From Trueperaceae bacterium (lineage in GTDB: Bacteria; Deinococcota; Deinococci; Deinococcales; Trueperaceae), in contig JBBDRK010000004.1 of the NCBI GenBank assembly GCA_040905465.1, forward strand, positions 48,020-63,425: DNA of 15,406 bases, given 5' to 3'. The position numbers were made by a program, and so were the translations under genes. Numbering within the stretch: position 1 is the first letter of the stretch; each line of letters begins with the position of its first letter. Under the pieces are notes generated by a model, which had not been told where the DNA came from, ran no database searches, and saw only the letters and a list, made by a program, of their open reading frames with translations. Below are positions 1 through 7,868 of the stretch, piece by piece.

Positions 1-135
1 TGGAGCCAACGGTCGATGACAGCCGGGGTGCGTCTTGATCGAAAGGCGCTGGTACCTGTGCCACAGCCGCGGACAGCCCGTGGAGCCAACGGTCGATGAC
101 AGCCGGGGTGCGTCTTGATCGAAAGGCGCTGGTAC
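1..135. repeat. Exact 55-bp direct repeat (1-55 = 81-135), 80-bp period
   Basis: TGGAGCCAAC...GAAAGGCGCTGGTAC occurs at 1-55 and 81-135 and diverges at the next base (C vs G). It sits at the window edge and may be an assembly artefact. Confidence 0.95.
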
Positions 136-1611
136 GTGCTGGGAGCGACTTCGTTGGGCGCGTTCGCTGCCACGGTGATGGGCACCAGCGTGAACGTCGC
201 GCTGCCCTCGCTGGTAGATACCTTCGACACCTCCTTCCCGGTCGTCCAGTGGGTGGTCCTGGCCTACCTGCTTTCCACCAGCGTCCTCCTGCCGATAATC
301 GGGCGGCTGGCGGACATGCTCGGCAAGAAGGCGATCTTCGTCTCCGGTTTCGGCATATATGTGCTCGGCTCGCTGCTGTGTGGCCTGGCGCCGTCGGTAG
401 AGGCGCTGATCGGCCTGCGCGCCGTGCAGGGGATCGGCTCGGCCATACTTACCGCCATCGGCCTGGCAATCGTGGCCGATGTCTTTCCCGCCGGCGAGCG
501 GGGCCGCGCCATCGGCGTCGCCGGCGCGGTCCTCTCCAGCGGGGTGGTCATCGGTCCGACGCTGGGCGGTTTCCTGGTCGACGCCCTCGGCTGGGAGTGG
601 GTGTTCCTGGCTGGAGTTCCGGTTGGCCTGGTGGGAGCGGCACTGGCCCTGCGCTTCGTGCCGGCTTACGGACCCGGCGAGCACCAGCGTTTCGACATCG
701 CCGGCGCCAGCCTGCTGTTCGTGACGCTCCTCGCGCTGTCGCTGGCGCTGACCGTCGGACAGGCGCTAGGGTTCGCCGATCCCCGGGTACTGGCGATGTT
801 CGGCCTGAGCCTGCTGGGCCTGGCCGGCTTCGTGGTTGTCGAGCGCCGGGTGGCGCAGCCGCTTCTGGCCCTCGACCTGTTCACCGACCCGACGCTGACG
901 GTGGGCCTGGTGAGCGGGTTCGTGACGTTCGTGTCGATCGCCGGCACTATCTTTCTCATGCCCTTCTTCCTGGAGAACGTGCTCGGCTACCCGCCGGCGC
1001 AGGTTGGACTGTTGATGTCGGTGACGCCGATACTCCTGGTCGTCGTCGCGCCGTTGGCCGGTTGGCTGGCCGACCGCTACGGCGAGCGGCCGATAACGGT
1101 CATAGGCCTGTCGTTCATCCTGACGGGCTACCTGATGATCGGCACGTTGAACGAGCAGAGCAGCGCCGTGGGCTTCATCGTGCGCTTCCTTCCGCTCGGC
1201 CTGGGCATGGGAGCCTTTCAGACGCCCAACAACAGCGCGATAATGGGCTCGGCGCCCCGTCACCGCTCCGGCGTGGCCGGCGGGCTGCTGGCGCTCACGC
1301 GCGCGCTCGGCCAGACCGCTGGAATCGCCGTGCTCGGTAGCCTGTGGGCAGGCAGGGTGATGGCCAGGACGCTGGCCGCGGAAAGTGGTGGCGGGACCGG
1401 TGGAGTTTCGGCGCGAGTAGCGGGCGATCTCGGTGGGGACGCCACCGCGGCCCCACCCGCACTGCAGGTCGCCGGCTTGCACGACATGCTGCTGGTGGTC
1501 CAGATCGCCGTCGGCTTAGCACTGCTCCTGTGCGTCTGGGACCTGCTGCGCCGCAGAAGCGAGGGAGTCGATCAGCACGTGCGGGCGGACGACGATCCGA
1601 AGGCTGTATGA
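115..1611 (+). CDS. DHA2 (EmrB/QacA-type, ~14 TMS) MFS drug/metabolite efflux transporter
   Basis: 498 aa, highly hydrophobic. It has SVNVALPSL (motif D1-like), GRLADMLGKK (motif A), LRAVQGIG (motif B), GPTLGGFL (motif C), WEWVFL and FQTPNNSAIMG. TTG start, with an in-frame TGA just upstream at 97-99. Confidence 0.93.
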   Translation: MIERRWYVLGATSLGAFAATVMGTSVNVALPSLVDTFDTSFPVVQWVVLAYLLSTSVLLPIIGRLADMLGKKAIFVSGFGIYVLGSLLCGLAPSVEALIGLRAVQGIGSAILTAIGLAIVADVFPAGERGRAIGVAGAVLSSGVVIGPTLGGFLVDALGWEWVFLAGVPVGLVGAALALRFVPAYGPGEHQRFDIAGASLLFVTLLALSLALTVGQALGFADPRVLAMFGLSLLGLAGFVVVERRVAQPLLALDLFTDPTLTVGLVSGFVTFVSIAGTIFLMPFFLENVLGYPPAQVGLLMSVTPILLVVVAPLAGWLADRYGERPITVIGLSFILTGYLMIGTLNEQSSAVGFIVRFLPLGLGMGAFQTPNNSAIMGSAPRHRSGVAGGLLALTRALGQTAGIAVLGSLWAGRVMARTLAAESGGGTGGVSARVAGDLGGDATAAPPALQVAGLHDMLLVVQIAVGLALLLCVWDLLRRRSEGVDQHVRADDDPKAV

Positions 1612-1666
1612 AGGCTGAGTGAAGGGTTGAGAGCCGGCGCAGAGGTGGCTGCGCCTGTCGGGTGCC

Positions 1667-1695
1667 TTGTCTGCCGGAACCCTATCGGCTAAGCT
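1667..1695 (+). promoter_or_regulatory. Putative sigma70-type promoter of the ABC binding-protein gene
   Basis: TTGTCT (1667-1672), 17-bp spacer, TAAGCT (1690-1695). RBS GGAGG at 1758-1762. Confidence 0.55.
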
Positions 1696-1710
1696 TGCTG
1701 TCAAGTACTT

Positions 1711-1756
1711 CACTTCGGCACTGCACTTCGGCACTGCACTTTGCGGCACTGCACTC
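1711..1756 (+). repeat. Short tandem repeat CACTTCGGCACTG (2 exact copies, one 15-bp variant, one partial)
   Basis: 1711-1723 and 1724-1736 are identical, 1737-1751 reads CACTTTGCGGCACTG, then CACTC runs up to the RBS. Confidence 0.9.
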
Positions 1757-1766
1757 TGGAGGCTTA

Positions 1767-2516
1767 ATGAAACGACTGCTGGTGGTCCTGACAATCCTGG
1801 CCGGCGTGGCTATCGCCCAGGCACCCGACCTCGATGGCCGTGTCATCGTTGTGGGTTCCGACACGACCTATCCCCCCTTCGAAACGGTGAACGACCAGGG
1901 TGAAATCGTCGGATTCGACGTCGATGTGGTCAATGCCGTGTGCGAGCAGGTCAATTGCGTAGCCGAGTTCCAGACCACAGCCTGGGACGGCATCTTCCCG
2001 GCGCTCGCCGCCGGCGAGTTCGACATGGTCGCTTCCGGCGTCACGATTACCGAAGAGCGCGACCGCGTCGTCGACTTCACCATCCCCTACTTCGAGGTCG
2101 ATCAGGCCATTGCGGTCCGGGTAGAGGATGAGGACCTGGCGCTCGAGGACTTCACCGAGGGCGGCGACCTGACACTGGGGGCGCAGACAGGCACCACCAA
2201 CGCGGCCACCGCCGAAGACCTGGTGGGACGCGATCGCGTTCGCCTGTACGACGACTTCAACGCCGCCATACAGGGCCTGCTCAACGGTGACGTCGACGGC
2301 GTCGCCATCGACGACGTGACAGCCGACGCCTTCGTGCAGCAGTATGCCGGCGAGCTGGCCGTGACGATTCGCGAGGTGGAGTCCGGCGACAAGCTCGGCT
2401 TCGCCGTTCAGGAGGGTGACGAACTGGTCGATGCCCTGAACGCCGGCATCGAAGCGATCGCGGCCGACGGCACGCTCGACGACCTGATCGCCAAGTGGTT
2501 CACCGCCGGCAACTGA
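1767..2516 (+). CDS. Polar amino-acid ABC transporter substrate-binding protein (PBPb / SBP_bac_3 family)
   Basis: Start moved to ATG 1767 (GGAGG RBS; MKRLLVVLTILAGVAIA-Q signal peptide). Motifs: GSDTTYPPFE, GFDVD, WDGIFPALAAGEFDM, TITEER, VDFTIPY, GAQTGTT, GLLNGDVDG. Confidence 0.95.
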   Translation: MKRLLVVLTILAGVAIAQAPDLDGRVIVVGSDTTYPPFETVNDQGEIVGFDVDVVNAVCEQVNCVAEFQTTAWDGIFPALAAGEFDMVASGVTITEERDRVVDFTIPYFEVDQAIAVRVEDEDLALEDFTEGGDLTLGAQTGTTNAATAEDLVGRDRVRLYDDFNAAIQGLLNGDVDGVAIDDVTADAFVQQYAGELAVTIREVESGDKLGFAVQEGDELVDALNAGIEAIAADGTLDDLIAKWFTAGN

Positions 2517-2537
2517 GCCGAGCCAGGAACTGTTCAC

Positions 2538-2572
2538 GTGAAGAGGCCCGGGGCATCCCCGGGCCTCTTCAC
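2538..2572 (+). terminator. Perfect 16-bp hairpin after the binding-protein gene (terminator or mRNA stabiliser)
   Basis: GTGAAGAGGCCCGGGG-cat-CCCCGGGCCTCTTCAC, starting 22 nt after the stop codon. There is no long U tail. Confidence 0.75.
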
Positions 2573-2712
2573 ATTGCAGTCGCCGGAGTCGAAGGCCGGG
2601 GCAGCAGAGATCTCCCGTTCGCAAGTCACCCCGCGCAACGGGCAGAACCGACCGGTTCCGGCGGGTCCGGACCGATTGCGCTAGACTCGCCTCCAGTGAG
2701 GAACCGATAACG

Positions 2713-3909
2713 TTGCGAAAGACCCCCCTCCCCGGCTCGGATCGGTGGCGCCTGCTGCGCCGGGTGCGGCCCAGCTATTTGCTGCTTCTCCTCGCCATCC
2801 CGTTCATCATCTACCTGTTCGCCACTGTGGAGAACTACCGCGCCGCGATGGTGTTCATCGCCCCTGGCTTGTGGACCACCATCCGCGTGACGGTGGTCGC
2901 CTATCTGGTCGCGGCCATCCTGGGTCTGGCTCTGGCCGGCCTGTTGCTGATGAAGTCGGGGCGCTCCACGTTTCCCGTCTTTCTGGCGATTTCGCTGCTG
3001 CTGGCTGCCGCCAGCGCGTTCTTCTTCACTCGGGACCGAGTGGAGTACGTTCTGGTCGGCGAGCAGCAGGGACTGGTGGCCATCCTCCAAGGCACACCGT
3101 CGAACCTGAGCCGGACGATCCAGCGCGGCCGCTTCGACGAGGACGCCGAGCCCCGCAACATCCGCGCCGTAGTCAGCGCCGAAGCCGGCCTGCAGCGCCT
3201 GGAGTCCGGCGTGGTCGAGGCAGCCTTCCTGCCCGTGTCGGAGGCCCCCGCCGACCTCCCTGTGCTGTGGCAAACCAGCTTCCTGCCACCGGACAGCAAA
3301 CGACCAGGACTGTTCACGGCGGTACTGGCGGTGCTGACCCTGCTGTTGACGTTTGCCGCATGGCAGAGCGGCAAGCACCCGCTGGCGATCTTTGCCGAGC
3401 TCTACGTCGACGCCCTGCGTGGCATTCCGATGCTGGTCATCATCCTCTACATCGGCTTCCCGGTCCAGGGGGCAGTTCGTGACATCAGCGGCGGAATGCT
3501 CGAACCGTCACGCCTGACCCGCGGAATCATCGCCATCGCCCTCGGTTACGCCGCTTACATGGCGGAGGTGTTTCGTGCCGGGATCCAGGCGATTCCCCGC
3601 GGCCAGATCGAGGCGGCCCGCTCGCTCGGTCTCGGCGGCTGGCAGACCGCTCGCTTTGTAGTGCTTCCGCAGGCGCTGCGCATCGTCATACCGCCACTAG
3701 GCAACGAATTCATCGCCATGCTCAAGGACACCTCGCTGCTGTCGCTGCTCTCCTTGCGCGAGATCACCCAGCGAACCCGCGAGTTCGCCGCGGACACCTT
3801 CGAGTATTTCCCCGCCTTCAACACGGTAGCCGTGCTCTACATCGGTCTAACTCTGGCAGCCTCCAGCCTGCTCAAGTCGGTCGAGCGCCGCAGCGAGACA
3901 CCGCGTTGA
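2713..3909 (+). CDS. Amino-acid ABC permease (HisM/GlnP type) with an inserted TM / binding-protein-like lobe / TM module
   Basis: Core motifs: GLWTTIRVT, YVDALRGIPMLV, AYMAEVFRAGIQAIPRGQIEAARSLG (EAA loop), PQALRIVIPPLGNEFIAMLKDTSL. At 398 aa it is much longer than a typical core permease. TTG start with GAGGA upstream. Confidence 0.92.
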   Translation: MRKTPLPGSDRWRLLRRVRPSYLLLLLAIPFIIYLFATVENYRAAMVFIAPGLWTTIRVTVVAYLVAAILGLALAGLLLMKSGRSTFPVFLAISLLLAAASAFFFTRDRVEYVLVGEQQGLVAILQGTPSNLSRTIQRGRFDEDAEPRNIRAVVSAEAGLQRLESGVVEAAFLPVSEAPADLPVLWQTSFLPPDSKRPGLFTAVLAVLTLLLTFAAWQSGKHPLAIFAELYVDALRGIPMLVIILYIGFPVQGAVRDISGGMLEPSRLTRGIIAIALGYAAYMAEVFRAGIQAIPRGQIEAARSLGLGGWQTARFVVLPQALRIVIPPLGNEFIAMLKDTSLLSLLSLREITQRTREFAADTFEYFPAFNTVAVLYIGLTLAASSLLKSVERRSETPR

Positions 3910-3987
3910 ATAGCACGGCGGCGAGCCGCGCTTGTCGGGAATCCGAAGTGCTTCCGCCCTGAGTCGATCCGTCATCTCATCTAGACT

Positions 3988-4398
3988 ATGGACGTGACGG
4001 GCTTCGACGACGCAGAGTATCGTCGGTGGCTGTCTCAGGCCAACCACACGAGGGACTCCGCAGGGCGTGATGCAGCCTCGGGCGACTATTCCTGGTCGTG
4101 TTTCAAATCACAGCAGGCCGGTGAGTACGCGCTACAAGCGCTCCTGCGTGGATTGGGCCAACCGGCACATGGCCACGCGCTGCGGCGCTTGCTGTCAGAA
4201 CTGATGACCCTATCGATAGAGGTGCCGGAGGCGGTCATGGAAGCCGGACAGGCGCTCGACCGACATATAGTGCCCACCACGCGATACGCCGATGCCTTTC
4301 CCGAGGGAAGCCCTCACGAGTATTACAATCTTGGCGCAGCCGAGGAGGCGCTAGGTGCAGCCGATAAAGTCATCGACTGGGTTCAAAGCGCTGCTTGA
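3988..4398 (+). CDS. HEPN domain protein (COG2250-like, MNT-associated type)
   Basis: Motifs: RRWLSQA, GDYSWSCFKSQQAGEYALQALL, GHAL..LL, LDRH..PT.RY.DAFPEGSP..YY...AEEAL. The real start may be GTG 3994, 6 nt after TAGACT. Confidence 0.88.
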   Translation: MDVTGFDDAEYRRWLSQANHTRDSAGRDAASGDYSWSCFKSQQAGEYALQALLRGLGQPAHGHALRRLLSELMTLSIEVPEAVMEAGQALDRHIVPTTRYADAFPEGSPHEYYNLGAAEEALGAADKVIDWVQSAA

Positions 4399-4539
4399 GC
4401 GGCGGCGGAAGGAACGCGACGGCCTCATCACCGCCTCGTCGAAGGCCGTGAGGAACCGAAGGGACTGCTGCCGCGCGAATTCGCCCGGCTCGCGGCGGAC
4501 GGAAAATTATGGCATCTGGAGGAGGCACTGGAACTTTAA
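4382..4539 (+). pseudogene. Internally deleted minimal nucleotidyltransferase (MNT) remnant
   Basis: One frame overlapping the HEPN stop gives ALLERRRKERDGLITA, like an MNT N-terminal helix. A different frame from 4438 gives VEGREEPKGLLPREFARLAADGKLWHLEEALEL* (TAA 4537-4539), like an MNT C-terminus. The GS-x-ARG / DxD catalytic core is absent. Confidence 0.6.
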
Positions 4540-4614
4540 GCGGCAAACTCGGTTGTTCACGGCCGAAGGAGGAAACCTTGCCGATTCGACCCGGGGCGCG
4601 CGATACTGTCTCGC

Positions 4615-5703
4615 ATGCCCGTAGCCCAGGTCGACCTCGCCGCTCTCCGACACAACCTGGAGCTGCTGCGGCGCCGACTCGAGCCGGGCTGCCGGCTGTT
4701 GGCGGCCGTCAAGGCCGGCGGCTACGGGCATGGCGCGGCGCCGGTGGCACGGGCGCTGGAAGCGGCCGGGGTGGAGTGGTTCGGCGCCGCCACTCCCGAA
4801 GAGGCGCTCGAGCTCAGGGAGGCCGGGGTACGAGGACGAATCCTGCTCCTGGGACCGGGGTTCGCACGGCTGGCCGAGCTGGTGGAGGCCGGGGTCGACC
4901 TGACCGTGTGCGATCGGGCGTCGGTCGACTCGATCAGGCACTGCGGTACGCCGGGCAAGGCACGGGTGCACCTCAAGGCGGACACCGGCATGGGCCGAAT
5001 CGGCTTGCCGGCAGCCGCAGCCCTCGAGTTGGCGAAGGAGCTGGCGAACGACCGCCGCCTGCGCTTCGAAGGCGTCTGGACTCACTTCGCCGCGGCGGAC
5101 GAAGCTGACCGCCGCTTCACGGAGATGCAGATCCAAGCCTTTGGAGAGTTGCTGGGGGAGCTCGAGCGGCTCTCGATACGCCCGCCCCTGGCGCACACCT
5201 GCAACTCAGGCGGACTGCTGGCCTTCCCGGAGGCGCATTTCGATCTGGTGCGCCCCGGAATAGCGCTCTACGGCTATCCGCCCAGTGACGAAGTCGCCGC
5301 GATCGAACCCAACTTTCGCCCGGTCATGACCGTCACGGCTCCGGTAACGTTCGTGAAGCGGGTGGCGGCGGGAACTGCGATCTCTTACGGAGCGACCTGG
5401 CGGGCACCGCGCGAAACCACCGTCGCGACGGTGAGATTCGGCTACGCCGACGGCTACCCGCGGCTGCTGGCGAATCGCGGTTGGGCGAGAGTTCATGGCC
5501 GGCGTTGCGACGTGGCCGGCCGGATCTGCATGGATCAGTTGATGCTGGACGTGGGGGATCTCGACGTCTCCCCGGGAGACCGGGTCACTCTCTTCGGGGC
5601 CGCGGGTCCTTCGGCGGGCGAGCTGGGCGCACTGGCGGGCACGGTATCGTACGAGATCCTCACCTCGGTGTCACAGCGGGTGGCACGCGTGTATCTAGAC
5701 TGA
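4615..5703 (+). CDS. alr: Alanine racemase
   Basis: AAVKAGGYGHG (PLP lysine), HLKADTGMGRIG, THFAAAD, VRPGIALYG, ISYGATW (catalytic Tyr), GYADGYPR, GRICMDQ, GTVSYEIL. Confidence 0.97.
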   Translation: MPVAQVDLAALRHNLELLRRRLEPGCRLLAAVKAGGYGHGAAPVARALEAAGVEWFGAATPEEALELREAGVRGRILLLGPGFARLAELVEAGVDLTVCDRASVDSIRHCGTPGKARVHLKADTGMGRIGLPAAAALELAKELANDRRLRFEGVWTHFAAADEADRRFTEMQIQAFGELLGELERLSIRPPLAHTCNSGGLLAFPEAHFDLVRPGIALYGYPPSDEVAAIEPNFRPVMTVTAPVTFVKRVAAGTAISYGATWRAPRETTVATVRFGYADGYPRLLANRGWARVHGRRCDVAGRICMDQLMLDVGDLDVSPGDRVTLFGAAGPSAGELGALAGTVSYEILTSVSQRVARVYLD

Positions 5704-5722
5704 GCGGCATGCGACTCGAAGC

Positions 5723-7159
5723 TCAGCCCTCATCGGCTTGAGGCTCCTGACCGACGGTTTCGCCGACTACCTTCAACTTCGCCAACACTCGTTGCACCCG
5801 GCGTTCATCGGCCTCATCGACAGTGAAGTGCACCGAGGCGAAGTCGAGCGTCTCCCCTACCCTCGGGATGTAGCCGAACTCGGAGATCAGGAAGCCTGCC
5901 AGAGTGTCGTACTCGCCTTCGTCCTCGAAGACGATCTTCAGCTCGGCGGCTACCTCCTCGAGGTGGGCCGAACCGAGGATGCGGTAGTGCCCCGCTCCGA
6001 GGTCGACGATGTCCTCGTCCTCCTCGATGTCTGTCTCGTCGTAGATCTCGCCGGTGATCTCCTCGATGATGTCTTCCAGGGTTACGACACCGGCGGTTCC
6101 TCCGAACTCGTCCACCACTACGGCGATGTGGTTCTTGCGGATGCGCATGTCGCGCAGCAGCGAGAGGATCGAAAGGGTCTCCGGTACGTAATGAGGGGAG
6201 GTCATGAGGTCGCTCACCATCGTCGACTCGAGCGCCTCGGGTTGGCCCAGGTAGGGCAGCAGGTCACGGGCGTATACGATCCCCCTGATGTTGTCGACCG
6301 TGTCGGAGTAGACCGGCAGGCGGCTCACCCGGTGTTCCGTGGTCAGCTCCAGAAGTTCTCGCAGGGTGGCGCCCTCGGCAACGGCGATCACGTCGACTCG
6401 CGGGGTCATCACTTCGCGGACAACGGTCTCCTCGAGATCGATGATGCCGCGGATCATCGCCTGCTCCTGCGCCTCGATGACGCCCGATTCCTCGGCGCTG
6501 CGCAGCATCAGCCGTAGCTCGTTCTCGGTGATGAGCGCCGCCGAGGCGGGCTCGAGCCGCAACAGGCGGAGAATCCCGTTCACCACGAAGGTAAAGAACA
6601 GGCCTACCGGATAGAGAACTATCGACAGTACGTATACCGGCAGGATCACTGCCCGCGAGAACGACACCGCATTGTGAACGGCGATCGACTTGGGCGTGAT
6701 CTCGCCGAAGATCAGCACCAACAGCGTCATCACCCCGGTCGCGTAGCCCACGGCGAGCGATTCGGAGAAGCCGAGCGAGCGCGACATGCCGATGCTTATC
6801 TGGGTAACGAGGGCGGTGGCGGCGATGTTTACCAGGTTGTTGCCGATGAGCAATGTTGTGATGAAACGGGTGGGCTCGCGCTCGAGCAACGCGAAGACTC
6901 CCGAGGGGTCGCGCCCGTCCTCACGAAGCTGCCGGATCTTCCACTCGCCGAGCGCCGTCAGCGCGGTTTCGGAGCCGGACAACAGGCCCGACAGGAGCAG
7001 CAACAGTACCACCAGGGCGATCTGACCGAAGCCGATGCTGGCCGTCTCGGCGCCCTGCGCCAGCACGATCCCCATCAACGGCATCAGCAGCAGCGCCGGA
7101 ACCACGCCCATGCGCAGCCTGCCAGGGCGTTGCTGTCGGGCGTATCGACTGTCATCCAT
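5723..7159 (-). CDS. CNNM/DUF21-CBS-CorC (HlyC/CorC family) Mg2+/Co2+ transport-associated membrane protein
   Basis: SGLLSGSETALTAL, TLLIGNNLVNI, LIFGEITPKS, VREVMTPRVD, SRLPVY, VVDEFGGTAGVVTLEDIIEEITGEIYDE, YDTLAGF. Start reassigned to ATG 7159 (MDDSRY) because the longer ORF overlaps the divergent kinase gene. TGCTACAAT lies upstream. Confidence 0.93.
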   Translation of the reverse strand: MDDSRYARQQRPGRLRMGVVPALLLMPLMGIVLAQGAETASIGFGQIALVVLLLLLSGLLSGSETALTALGEWKIRQLREDGRDPSGVFALLEREPTRFITTLLIGNNLVNIAATALVTQISIGMSRSLGFSESLAVGYATGVMTLLVLIFGEITPKSIAVHNAVSFSRAVILPVYVLSIVLYPVGLFFTFVVNGILRLLRLEPASAALITENELRLMLRSAEESGVIEAQEQAMIRGIIDLEETVVREVMTPRVDVIAVAEGATLRELLELTTEHRVSRLPVYSDTVDNIRGIVYARDLLPYLGQPEALESTMVSDLMTSPHYVPETLSILSLLRDMRIRKNHIAVVVDEFGGTAGVVTLEDIIEEITGEIYDETDIEEDEDIVDLGAGHYRILGSAHLEEVAAELKIVFEDEGEYDTLAGFLISEFGYIPRVGETLDFASVHFTVDEADERRVQRVLAKLKVVGETVGQEPQADEG

Positions 7160-7170
7160 CGGTTGGCCGG

Positions 7171-7260
7171 ATTGTAGCACAGGCCCGCTCGGCAGCCGGA
7201 CCCCGGGTCGGCGCCAGCTTGCCGCCGACCCGGGTTTATACTCTTGCGAGGTTGTGGAGG
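7171..7260. promoter_or_regulatory. Divergent promoter region (CBS gene / kinase operon) with a central 12-bp inverted repeat
   Basis: Minus-strand extended -10 TGCTACAAT (7179-7171), plus-strand -10 TATACT (7237-7242) and RBS GGAGG (7256-7260). Inverted repeat CCCGGGTCGGCG-9nt-CGCCGACCCGGG at 7202-7234. Confidence 0.6.
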
Positions 7261-7264
7261 TTGC

Positions 7265-7867
7265 ATGTCGTACATAGTCGTCGAGGGAGTTATCGGCGTG
7301 GGCAAGACGAGCCTCAGCCGGCTCCTGGCCGAGGAGTTGAGCGCCCGGCTGGTGCTGGAGGTGGTGGAGGAGAATCCGTTCCTCGCGCAGTTCTACGAGT
7401 CCCCTGACAGGTACGCGTTCCAGGTGCAGACGTTCTTCCTGCTGTCGCGCTTCAGGCAGCTGCAGGAGCTCGGCCAGCAGCCGCTGTTCGAGCGGCACAC
7501 TGTCGCCGACTACCTCTTCGACAAGGACTTCATCTTCGCGTCACTGAACCTCGTCGGCGCTGAATGGGAGCTGTATCGCGAGCTCTACGATCACCTCCGT
7601 CCGCGGCTGACCACCCCCGACCTGGTCGTATACCTGCGGGCCGATCCCGACCTGTTGCTGCAGCGCATCGCCCAGCGTGGCCGCCCCTTCGAGCGCACTA
7701 TCGAGGCCGATTACCTCCGGCGCCTCGGCACCGCTTACGACGAATACTTCGCTCAGTACCAAGGTCCGCTCAAGCGTATCGAGGCGGCCGCGGTGGACTT
7801 CGTGGGCAGTCCCGGAGACCGCCGCGCCATCGTCGACCAGATCCTGGAACGCGCGAAGGCGGCCTGA
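7265..7867 (+). CDS. dgk: Deoxynucleoside kinase, Dgk-like
   Basis: ATG 7265 after GGAGG. P-loop EGVIGVGKTS, ENPFL..FY, FQVQTFFLLSRFRQ, ADYLFDKDFIFA (DY type, as in Bacillus Dgk), PDLVVYL, RGRPFE. Substrate specificity is inferred. Confidence 0.85.
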   Translation: MSYIVVEGVIGVGKTSLSRLLAEELSARLVLEVVEENPFLAQFYESPDRYAFQVQTFFLLSRFRQLQELGQQPLFERHTVADYLFDKDFIFASLNLVGAEWELYRELYDHLRPRLTTPDLVVYLRADPDLLLQRIAQRGRPFERTIEADYLRRLGTAYDEYFAQYQGPLKRIEAAAVDFVGSPGDRRAIVDQILERAKAA

Positions 7868-7868
7868 G

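Noticed and set aside
96-1482. Long alternative-frame and antisense ORFs over the MFS gene (96-1340 +, 766-1482 -), and similar shadow ORFs across the window (e.g. 1764-2624, 5738-6517, 8886-9890, 9773-10924, 12890-14092)
   Set aside because: They are Arg/Gly/Pro-rich or antisense translations with no family motifs, fully overlapping well-supported genes. This is expected in high-GC DNA.
1711-1756. Possible CRISPR-like array
   Set aside because: The units are 13-15 bp, contiguous and without spacers, and there are no cas genes in the window.
4396-4539. Stop-codon readthrough or selenocysteine extension of HEPN (the MNT C-terminal fragment is in the HEPN frame after a single TGA)
   Set aside because: The HEPN domain is complete at the TGA, the intervening residues look non-coding and no SECIS-like hairpin is evident. 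A deletion in an overlapping MNT gene explains it more simply.
7160-7498. N-terminal extensions given by the ORF track for the CBS protein (also for the SBP, second kinase, MurE and Pdp)
   Set aside because: They overlap neighbouring genes or promoters. Downstream starts have RBS or -10 support and match family N-termini.
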